This document shows, piece by piece, positions 52,681 through 64,000 of a DNA stretch of 64,000 nucleotides. Numbering within the stretch: position 1 is the stretch's first letter; each line of letters opens with the position of its first letter. The DNA is from Eledone cirrhosa. Lineage: Eukaryota. The stretch lies in NCBI GenBank assembly GCA_964016885.1, contig OZ024749.1, positions 9,920,001 to 9,984,000 of the forward strand, read 5' to 3'. The notes under the pieces are model-generated. The model was not told the DNA's origin, searched no databases, and saw nothing but the letters and a program-made list of their open reading frames with translations. Made by a program: the position numbers and the translations under genes.

Positions 52681-53644
52681 GTATACATTTTTTAGTCTTT
52701 TTCTAGTCGTAGTTCAAAGAATAACGGTAACATTACTTTTTGTTGATTTTTTTTCAATTTAATATATATTTTCTTTATATTTGAGCCAAAAAAAAAATGA
52801 ATGAACAGCAAAATCGAAATGGAAAAAAATTGTTATTATTAAAATGTCTGTTTATAACGAAATGGGTAAGTTTTTTTTATACAAAACCTCTAAACAAATG
52901 CAAGGAACTTTAAGTACGAATGTGGAACGGTGAAATAATTAATTAATAATTATATCAATATTAGTTCCTAATTTAGGTAGAAAGCCTAACAGTATTAACA
53001 AAGTGTGTGTGGTGGTGGTTCATTAATTTTTTCTTTTTTTTTTTTTTCATCTAATAATATTGTAAAGTGGTTGGTGGTAGGAAGGGCATCAGCCATAGAG
53101 TGCTTGCTTAACAAATTGTTGGGAAGACCCTTTAGTTGGGTCAAAGACACAACAACCTCCCTCATGTTGGTGATCTATATGATGGGCATACCCAATACAT
53201 GTAGAGTGGTTGGTGTTAAGAAGGGCATCCAGCCTTAGAAAGCTTGCCAAACAAATGGTTGGGACACTCAGTATGTGATAAGTCTGGCCCTTTGAATTAC
53301 ACATGCACTTCATATGTGTGTCAATTACACATGTACTGCATAGTATTTTTTAATTAACTTGATATTCAAGGTATATCTTTTTTTCAATAAATGTATAATT
53401 TATGTCGCAATTAATTAATCCACAATATCAGAGCAAGCAGTTTTATGCAAATTAGACAGGCCAGTTCAGTTGCCACCATAAATAGCTATATTCTCTCTTG
53501 TAATCTCTTCAAGGATAGATGGATAATCTTTCTTTAATGAAGGTTTAACAAGATGGGAAACCAGTCAGATTGACCTTTTTTTTCTGACATATTGTTTACT
53601 TTTCACAAAGTTAGACATTTTTATTTTTAAAAAGGTATTGATAT

Positions 53645-53820
53645 ATAAAGAATGGTGCCCTCCTGCACAGAGATACTATAAAATAAGGGAAAAAACCTTT
53701 AATGACAGAAAAAGAAGTTGCCATTGGCCAAATTTATAGTAGCAGATGGCAACTTCCATCATTAAGGATCTTCACCCTATTTTATAGTATCTCTGCACAC
53801 AAGCACACCACTCTTTATCT
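53645..53820. repeat. Palindromic MITE-like element
   Basis: CAGAGATACTATAAAATA.GG..TTAATGA..GAAGTTGCCAT mirrored by ATGGCAACTTC..TCATTAA..CCTATTTTATAGTATCTCTG. Confidence 0.7.
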
Positions 53821-55278
53821 TAACTTTATGTGTAACTGTTAATCACATGGTCATGTTGTGTAACAGTTAATAACATGGTCATAGTTATATATACACGTGT
53901 GTATGAATGTACACACTTTTCTACATTGATAAATTAAATATTTTTTCAAAGAATGAAACTGTTGTTAATTCTGTTATGCCCGGTATTCTTCTTAAATGAT
54001 TTTGATATAAAGTTAGCTGCCTTGCACATGTTTAGGTTTGGTATAAAAACTCTTAAGGATCATCTTTATGCTTTTACAAACTGTTACTAGGACACTGGTA
54101 CTAGGTCCTTGCACATATTACCAGCAACAACAGGCATCTCGAGAAGAAGAGAAACATTTAAGCAAAGCCACTAACCCTCTTACGTACAGCATCGACTTCA
54201 GACGATGGTGGTGACCAGGAGAACATCATGAAGAGTGACAGAGACTGCATCAAAAGAGTGGAGTGTTCAGTACTGTCCCTGCATGTCTTGTGAGTGTGTG
54301 TGCATGAGTGTCTGTCTCTCTCTCTCTCTCTCTCTAGTGATTAGGACTTTTCACCAGTCCCGTTGCGGTTCTCTCTTGCAGCGGGTAAGATGAGAGAGAG
54401 AGAGAACAGGAGGAGGAGGAGGAGAGAGAAGGCAGTAGCAATGGCAGATGAAACGAGACAAGCAGCAAATGGACCTGGTACATATTTTTTTTTCGGGTGT
54501 TCAATATCAGACACGATAGGCAATACATTGACGATGATGGTGATGATGATGATGATGATGATGATGACTTTGTTGCTGTTGTTGGCTGCAACTACAAGCT
54601 ACTTTTTCCTACCAACTGGTTGCTTCCTCAATCCAACTGATTGACACGCCCACCACTACCACCACCACCACCACCACCACCACCACCACTACTACTACTA
54701 CTACAACCATCAACACTACCACCACCGCCACAGCTTCTCACTGGTCCTGGTTGATTGCTGATCCCTCTCTACTTGTTTATTTGCTCGGCCTGTCTCAGTT
54801 ATCGGTGAGTTCTCCTCTTAACATCCGCTTAACGTTCTGTAGGAGCACTTACCTAAAATAACCTCTCATCAGCTCTCTTATCTTCTCTCTTACCAAAAAA
54901 AATGATGTTGATAATAATGATAATAATGTTGTTGACTTTGTTTCTTAGACTGTAACTTCTCAAGTTGTTGTTGTTTTGATTGTTTCACTTAATTGTGTAA
55001 TGATATTGTTTACATTTTTATATAGACAGTGAAATTCCGTTATAACGAAATTCACAGGGTATAAAAGAAATTGGTTTTAACGAGATCGACCTAACACATT
55101 GAGTGGCCGGGGATTGAAAAAAATTTTGTTATACTGAAAAATTTGTTATAATGGTATTCGTTATAACGGAATTTTACCTGTACACACTCACATATATATT
55201 CACATTTATATGCATACATACACATCAGCAAACTCTTGCTTATTAAAAATCAAAAGTATACAATTGAGGTAGGAGTAT

Positions 55279-55357
55279 ATACAGGGTGTCTCAAAAAATG
55301 TATACACACTTTAATCAGAATACTGTTAAAGTGTATACATTTTTGGTAGACAACCTG

Positions 55358-55360
<3 letters not shown>
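55279..55360. mobile_element. Tc1/mariner-like MITE; related copy at ~26990-27088
   Basis: TA-CAGGGTGTCTCAAAAAATGTATACAC / GTGTATACATTTTTGGTAGACAACCTG-TA. Confidence 0.75.
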
Positions 55361-55393
<33 letters not shown>

Positions 55394-56322
55394 CATACAC
55401 ACACATACATCATCATCATCGTCATAATCGTTTTAACATCAGCTTTCTCTGCTAGCAAGGGTTGGATGAAACCATACAGACCAAGTCAGTACTGAAGCGG
55501 AGCCACTGATCTCCCAGCCAGACCAGGGATCTGTGTCTCGCTTATGTATAAATGTGTGTGTGTGTGTGTATAGCGTGAATGTAATCTCCGTTTAGCTGCC
55601 TCTTATAATTCACACAGTAACGTGGTTGGTGTTAGGAAGGCCTTCCAACTTCTCTAGTTCTGGTGCCATGATAAATTGTACTTGGTAGAATGTGGAACCA
55701 TATGTAAGCAAGATGCAAACCCCTGACCTGTCTAGGAGATCAGTAACCCTGTTTCAGTACAGACTTGGTCTGTGAAGACCCGACAAACTCTTGGTAGCAG
55801 GGAAAGTGGATGTTAAATAATGATAATGATGATGATGATGATAAAATTAGATTTGATATTTGCATTTATTTGTGTTGAAGGTGTATATAGAAGCATATAC
55901 TAAAATAGCTGTAACAATGGTCACAGCTTAAAACATTCATAGTGAGAATTATAGATGTTTTTAAACATAAGATTCCTTCATACATACCTCTATTATGAAT
56001 CACATTGTGTTAGTGCTACTGCAAATTAAACTACATATCTTAGCTGTATATTGTGCCCTGCATTCAAGCAGAGAACACTGCCGAAACACACATACACACT
56101 CAATTACGTACATGCACACACACACACACATGTAGTATTCAAAATGTGCTACATGTGTATTTTAGTCAGTTTCACATGTTATACATTATTTAGAAATATA
56201 CCAAACTGTTATTTAAAAAAAAACAACACATTTTTATTTGAAATTTTTTTTTTTTTTTTTTTTAAAGACTCTTGAGTAAATTAGTTGTGGTGGTCTGTGG
56301 TTATTTAAGGGTATTTTTGTAT

Positions 56323-57521
56323 TTAACCCTTTAGCATTTAAAACTAGCTGTATCTGGCAAGAATTCTCTCACTTCTTTCTGTTCAAACTGGCCTAAACTA
56401 GCCACTCATACTGATGTTAAGGTTTTGTTCTCAAAATAAATAATATCAAAATCTTATAGATTCTATATTATGTGAGGTAAAGCCTTTACTGTGAAATATA
56501 CAATAGTAAATATAGAGTAATGTAAATGTTATGTTATATATTATGTGAAGTAAAACCTTTACTGTGAAAATACAATAGAATATATATAGAGTAATGTAAA
56601 TGTTATGTTATATATTATGTGAAGTAAAACCTTTACTGTGAAAATATAATAGAATATATATAGAGTAATGTAAATGTTATGTGAGGTAAAGCCTTTACTG
56701 TGAAAATACAATAGTATATATAGAGTAATGTAAATGTTGTGTGAAATATTATGTGAAGTAAAACCTTTACTGTGAAAATACAATAGAATATATATAGAGT
56801 AATGTAAATGTTATGCGAGATATGTGAAGTAAAACCTTTACTGTGAAAATACAATAGAATATATATAGAGTAATGTAAATGTTATGTGAGATATTATGTG
56901 AGGTAAAAACCTTTACTGTGAAATATACAATAGTATATATAGAGTAATGTAAATGTTATGTGAGGTAAAACGTTTACTGTGAAAATACGATAGAATATAT
57001 ATAGAGTAATGTAAATGTTATGTGAGATATGTGAGGTAAAGCCTTTACTGTGAAAATACAATAGTATATATAGAGTAATGTAAATGTTATGTTATATATT
57101 ATGTGAGGTAAAACCTTTACTGTGAAAATACAATAGTAAATATAGAGTAATGTAAATGTTATGTTATATATTATGTGAGGTAAAGCCTTTACTGTGAAAA
57201 TACAATAGTATATATAGAGTAATGTAAATGTTATGTCATATATTATGTGAGGTAAAGCCTTTACCATGAAAATACAATAGAATATATAGAGTAATGTAAA
57301 TGTTATGTTATATATTATGTGAGGTAAAACCTTTACTGTGAAAATACAATAGAATATATATAGAGTAATGTAAATGTTATGTGAGGTAAAGCCTTTACTG
57401 TGAAAAATACAATAGAATATAGAGAGTAATGTAAATGTTATGTTATATATTATGTGGGGTAAAGCCTTTACTGTGAAAATACAATAGAATATATAGAGTA
57501 ATGTAAATGTTAATGGGTTAA
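56323..57521. mobile_element. piggyBac-like MITE expanded by ~15 tandem copies of its subterminal 60-75 bp
   Basis: Both TTAACCC and GGGTTAA ends kept; repeat unit ATGTGAGGTAAAGCCTTTACTGTGAAAATACAATAG..AGAGTAATGTAAATGTT. Confidence 0.92.
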
Positions 57522-58465
57522 GGTCTGTCCTTCATTGTCAGGATTCTCTTATGATCTACAAACTTTACTTTTATTTCATATAAGATTTTTTTGTTGTTGT
57601 TTACTTGGTAGGTTTGGAGGAAGGGCCATTGCCTATAGCCTTCACAAGTCCTCCAACATTGGAGATATTTTGATGCTATTGAGGTTCTGTTTGAATTGTT
57701 GCATGTCAACTCTTTTGGGAAATACATAATGAGGGAGGGGGTTCCAGATGGCCATAGTGGTTAGAGACTGATTAACCCTTAATTAATATATCTTTATATA
57801 TATTATATCATAATATAATAAAGGGAGGAGTGCAGGACTCCGTCCTGAATATATTTTTTTATCCCATTTGTAAAATAAGTTGGATAACTTTGAATAAATA
57901 ATGAATGAATATTACATAATTTATGTACTAAATTTCGTAACTCTTGATTAGATATAAATAATTTTATTGCTTATTTCAAGATTCACTTCTTTTAAAATGT
58001 TCAAATGTCAATACTTCTGGTTATGATATAACAGACGCTATATCAATATCACATCTCTTATACAAACGTTCATATATTTGCATCATTATATCATAACGTT
58101 TAGATTTCTGTTGCTAATTTTCTCCTTTTTCGTTTTCATAAAATTTTGCCATAATGCAGTTTATATATAATATCGTTTTTTTTAAAATGTATCATGGATT
58201 ACTTTACTGATTACATAAGACAGTGTAACACAGTCTCTCTTCAGTTTCTGTGCATGTTCTCAATTACGATTTTATTTGACGTATCATATCTACATGCATG
58301 TATATTTGCATATAATATCAATATGCACACTACACACGCTAGCAGAAAACCCACCCGAAGGGTGGGATTTCTGCTAGTAGTAGTAATACATAAAAAGGCC
58401 AAAACCAGAGAGGACTCGAGAAGGGTTGTGTATAAGTATATATAAACCTGTAGAGCAAATATTAT

Positions 58466-58620
58466 TGGCAGTATTGGTAGAGGGTCAGACGCCATGCTTT
58501 GCAAGCAAAGAGTTACGGCCCTTTATTGTCTGAGTTCAAATCCATACGGGGGTCGATAAAATAAAGTACCAGTAATACACTGGGATAATTGCTGGCCTTG
58601 TGCCAAAAGTAGAAACAATT
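58466..58620 (+). mobile_element. Meta-like SINE (internally deleted) nested in a copy of the 36505-36640 element
   Basis: Flanks TAGAGCAAATATTATT / ACAGATTAAAGTTTAAGCAAA are contiguous at 36575-36620. Confidence 0.8.
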
Positions 58621-58810
58621 ATTAGTACAGATTAAAGTTTAAGCAAACAATTTCTGCTTTCACCCTAAAGCCAGATCTTCTGAAAACACACACATAAAAA
58701 TCTGAAAATATTCAAAGATTTTGTTGGTTTCCAGTTTTGTGCTTTTGTAAAAAAAATTTTTATATTTTGCCTTCTAAACCCTATGTTTTGTGGGGTGTTG
58801 ACACCCCTAA

Positions 58811-58948
<138 letters not shown>

Positions 58949-60435
58949 TAAGTTACTACAACTATACTGTTACTTCAACTACCACTGCTGCTACTACTAC
59001 TACTACCGGTTGGATGCCCTTCCTAACACCAATCACTCATGGTACCACCACAACAACCTGACAGACTAGACTGTGTGCTTTTGTCATGGCACCAGCACTA
59101 CCAGTTTACAGAGTCGGCTGAGCGCATTTTATCAGGGCACCAATACTATCGCTTTACAGTGAGTTTTGTGCATTTACATATTTGGAGCCAAAGCTTTATT
59201 GCGTTGCTACTCCAAGTTTCCACTTACACATTCATCATGGCTTGAGGGAGCAGTCACCATGAAGAACATAACAGGAGATGGATATATTGACTATGATGTC
59301 TCTGTTTCTACTAAATGATTTAACTCTACTACATGTATTGAGCTATTTTTCCCCTTGTTTGAATGACTATATGAATACAGTGGTCATATAATAATAATGA
59401 AATTATTGTGTACAGTGCTCAGGTGCACTACAACTCATCAAAGGTGCATGTATAATACATAGAATAATGTACAAATGCCAGGAAAGTGAACTGTGTGTGA
59501 GTCATGATATAAATACAGAAACGTGTGTGTGTGTATGGAGGGGGAATATCAGGTGTAGCGTTGGCGAATTTCAGGAAGCAAGGAAGTTTTAAAGGATGCA
59601 GTGTCCCGACAACTAACAACTGATGCAGGGAGTTTGTTCCATGCTTCAGCAAAAAACACCTAATCCACTCTGTAAGATGGTCATGCTAGTGTCACGAAAA
59701 AAAACCCCACCTAATCCACTCTGTAGGATGGTCATGCTAGTGTCTCAAGAAAAGAAACATCTAATCCACCCTTTAAGATGGTCATACTGGTGTCACAACA
59801 AAAAGCACTCAGTTCACTCTGTAAAGTGGTAGTGCTAATGATATGAACAAAGTTACCAGTACATGATGTAACGTCGTTGGCATTAGGAAGGACATCCAGC
59901 CATAGAAAACCAAATCAAACAGATTGTATGAGCATTACAAGACCATCAATTCATCGGGGTCATAGAACATTGGATATTTATTGCAAGTCTCTGTGTTCTG
60001 AGTTCATATCCCACCGAGGTCTCCTTTGACTTTTATCATTTCACGGTCAATAAAGTAGCAACTCTGTATTGGTGCAGCCTTCCATCTGTCACATCCTGGA
60101 TATTTAGCTGGATCAAGGGAATCAGGCTGTCTACTTGTGACTGTATGGGTATATAAAACCCTTAGTGAAGGCTTGGAATATACTAGGAAGCATCTCGATT
60201 ACGAGTGACATCTGTAGTAGTAGTAGTAGTAGTAGTACGTGCATTGTTACATATTGCTCCCATGTACATAGTTACATAATCAATCAACAATGTATTCATG
60301 CATACACACACACACACAGTCATGCCCACATACATATGCACACTCACACACATGCACACACACAAATAGTTACATACACAAACAACAGTGTGCAGACACT
60401 CACACACACACAATGTATTCTATCAATATCGTTAA

Positions 60436-60540
<105 letters not shown>

Positions 60541-61867
60541 TAAAATATGGCTGGGGGATCAGCTTTGAAGTGGCAACAGTCAACTTTGAAATATTAGAGG
60601 TCAACTTCGTAGGGACAGTGTTAGGGTCAATTTTGAAATTTCAGAGGTCAACTTTGCTTTCCATCTTTCTGGGATTGATAAAATTATTTTGGCAGTATCA
60701 GTAGAGTGTCAGACACCATGCTTTGCATAATAGAGTTACGGCCCTTTAGGTTCTGAGTTCTAATCCTGCTGAGGTTAACTTTGCCTTTCATCCTTATGGG
60801 GTTGATAAAATAAAGTATCAGTAATACACTGGGGTCAATTTAATTGACTTTCCTCTCCCTCAAAATTGATGACCTTGTGCCTTAGACCGTTGGCCTGAGG
60901 TTTGGTAGTATTTGTTCTGGTTCTTTACATTCTCAGTTCAAATCCTGGTGTGGCCAACTTTAAATCTTTCCAAGGTTGATGAAATACCAGTCAAGTACAA
61001 GGGTCAGTTCAATCAATTCCTGGCCCCTGCTGGCCTTGTGCCTGAATTAGAAAAGGGTTACTCCTAGTGGACCCATGATGGCAATAGCATTCAATGTATT
61101 TAATATTTGGAGTTCAGGATTGGTATGCCACATATAACAGGATTACTGGTTTTATTAACAATCATACAAATGGATACATTTTGATAAATTAATGACTTAC
61201 ATAAGAGAATACCTATAGTTTATGTTGATTACTGACACTTGGAAGTGATTGAAGATATTTTAGGAATTTATTTCAAGAATTTAATTATTTAAATGTTCAG
61301 TATACAAATGATATACAGGATTAAAAGTAACTTTGGAGAAATAACTATTTAGAGGGATAAATGTTGGGTTAGAACCCAAGATTGTGTGATTGGAAAGCAA
61401 ACTTTTTAGTGTAACAATATGACTGAGGTAGGAAATGCATTGTGTGTGTAAATTTTAAAGTGTTACAAGCACACTCACGTAAATATATATATATATGTGT
61501 CTGTGAAAAAGTTGTCCCTCGTGGCTAAAATCATACAAAATGAATAGAAAGGTAGCCGAAGACAACAGAAAAACAAACAAAACAAGACAGTCTCCTCACA
61601 TCAGTCAACCGCTTGTATCAGTCTTAAATTACTGAATTAACATATCTTTCATTGTCTTTGCCCACCTTTTTATTCATTATGTATATACACACACATACAC
61701 ATGTGGATTTTGTTGTGATAGCACTGGTCTTAGGATCAGGCAGTTCTGGAATCTGGTCTGGAGCATTAATCCGGACCATGAGCCAACTGTTTGTGAAACA
61801 ATTGTAACAAGGGCTGATCAATAAATTCTTAATGTAACACCTCCCTTTGTTCTTATTATATATATAG

Positions 61868-62230
61868 ATATTGTTATACTTTGGGAGGGTCATGCTGCCA
61901 ATAAAAACACATGCACCTGTTGGTTTTCACTTCAATTTATTATGAATTTCCGGTTGGTTATGGTGCGATAACCGGATAGTTCTTTACATATTGTCAAAGC
62001 TCTTTCGTCACACATTCTGTGACCTCCTCAGTGACTGGTTTTTTTATTTTGTGTCTTGCCTTAATCACTGAGGAGGCCACAGAATGTATGACAAATTAAC
62101 TTTGACAATATATAAACAACCATCCACTTATCGAACCAACCAACTGGAAATTTATAATAAATTGAAGTTAAAACCAACAGGTGCATGTGTTTTTATTGGC
62201 AGCATGAGCCTCCCAAAGTATAACAATATC
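61868..62230. mobile_element. Inverted pair of PLE terminal repeats (family of 39190-39390), no ORF
   Basis: Both arms align to 39190-39390 and end in CCTCCCAAAGTATAACAATAT. Confidence 0.9.
61993..62035 (-). ncRNA. Minimal type-I hammerhead ribozyme (best-preserved copy)
   Basis: Minus strand GTCA-CTGAGGA-G-GTCACA-GAATG-TGTGAC-GAAA-GAGC-TT-TGAC with perfect stems I and II. Confidence 0.8.
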
Positions 62231-62521
62231 TGTTTCAATGCACATTTGCAGATAAGAAATCTTGCAAAATAAATTCAAATATATATATATATATATTAGT
62301 GTTGGGAAGGGCAGCCAATTGTAAAAACCCTGGCCAAATTTACTGTCCCGTCAGAACAAGGTATGACATGGTCAATCCTGGCCAGACTTGTCTCTTGACA
62401 CGGACGGCCCGTCTGACCCATGCAAGCATGGAAAAAGGGACGTTAAACAGTGATGAGGATATATATACACATACATGTAACATATTGTTATTGGTTTAAC
62501 ACAATGCTGTTTGAATTGTAG

Positions 62522-62680
<159 letters not shown>

Positions 62681-62949
62681 TAAACCTTGTTTTCTTTTGT
62701 TTTTATTTTGTCTTTAAAATCAAATATTGTTATTTTCTCTTTGGCAATTAATTTTACAATTGTTTTATCAATTATCAATATACAGAAAAAGTGTCACTTA
62801 TTGATCTTTGTCAGCATATTTAGGTACTTGGGTATATATTATCAGCTATACAATGTCAATATAATTAGCGCTACTATTCTCAAAATTTGGGGAATTTTTT
62901 ATCAATGTCGGAAATTACTATTATTAATATTATTACGCATTGTGTAGGC

Positions 62950-63510
62950 TTCCTTGGGGGGACAAGCATCTCAGTTTTTGCAGCACAGATTTTCATTCTA
63001 GCCACACGGCACTCGGCATCAAACCTATTGAGTGCAATTCAGAGTTCACCTGTCGAGTTGAGTAACACCATATTGTCTGCAAATTCCAGCCAACTGATTT
63101 TACACCCTACATGTAAGTGTAGTTCCACTGAAGCAGGTAGAGACTAAAGGGTCTCTGGAGAAACGTTACTCGATAGAGTATGTAGCTCGAAGATCAGAGA
63201 AGCATCACTCTAGGTAGAGCTGCTACTTCTCTGAATTGAGAGATCACAACTCCAATACTCTAGACATGTGGTTAGAATGTCTCAGGAAAGCATTGCTGGA
63301 CAGATTTTACAGGCAAAACCAACCGGCAGGAGACCCAGGGGTAGACCCCGAGCAAGATATTTGGATAACATCCATGAGCTTATCTGGTCTCGCTTGGGGA
63401 TTCAGTCAGACCAGTTGGTGGCGGTTACTTCTGACAGGACCCGCTGGAAGGACTGTTTGAGGACTCTGTCCCCACGACCCTCTCAGGAGTAAGTGGGTGA
63501 AGAAGAAGAA
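62950..63510. mobile_element. RTE LINE with 5' inversion and (GAA)n tail
   Basis: Minus-strand LEFADNMVLL..MKICAAKTEML (62960-63095); plus-strand GRRPRGRPRARYLD..DRTRWK (63150-63510). Confidence 0.8.
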
Positions 63511-64000
63511 TATTTTGAAGGTGGTGGATTGGCAGTATTGGTAGAGCATCGGACACTGTGTTTCGTGGCATAGAGTTACACCCTTTACTTTCTGAGTTCA
63601 AATCCCGTTGAGATTAGCTTTGCCTTTCATCCATGGAGTGGGGTGGTGGTGGGGGGTCTATAAAACAAAGTACCAGTAATACACGAGTCAATTTAATCAA
63701 TAAAATAAAGTACCAGTAAAGTACTGGTGTCAGTTTCCCTTCCCCCCAAATTACTGGCCTTGTGCCTAAAGTAGAAATCATTATTATTCTTTCTTTTCCT
63801 GCATTTCCAACAGTGATCTTCCTGTCTTTTTCTGAGACATCACTCATACACAGTTCACTTTCCTGACATTTGTACATTATTCTATGTACTATACATGCAC
63901 CTTTGATGAGTTGTAGTGCACCTCTGCTCTGTACACAATAATTTCATTATTATTATATATAGTGTATCTAGGACTATATTATCCAATGTGTCCTTTTTTT

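Overview
AT-rich, microsatellite- and transposon-dense animal genomic DNA. The repeat style resembles a coleoid cephalopod such as Octopus; this is inference only. The one host gene is U2SURP/SR140 on the + strand: 12 coding exons (22194-62679) splice in frame via GT-AG introns and cover the N-terminus, RRM and SURP domain. The start exon was not found and the gene continues past the window. The first 10 kb hold two satellite arrays that share an 11-bp core in opposite orientations. The introns contain a nearly intact Penelope-like element (RT + GIY-YIG), a 5'-truncated Naiad-like PLE with an inverted terminal repeat, RTE and CR1 LINE fragments, two tRNA-SINE families, several MITE families and Helentron-like elements. 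The most notable unannotated signal is about ten minimal type-I hammerhead ribozyme motifs from several PLE-derived families. Most lie in fold-back hairpins inserted into (TA)n tracts, and some have recurrent non-canonical cores. There is also a TE-free island with two frame-preserving microexon candidates. All calls were made by eye; no searches or folding were run.
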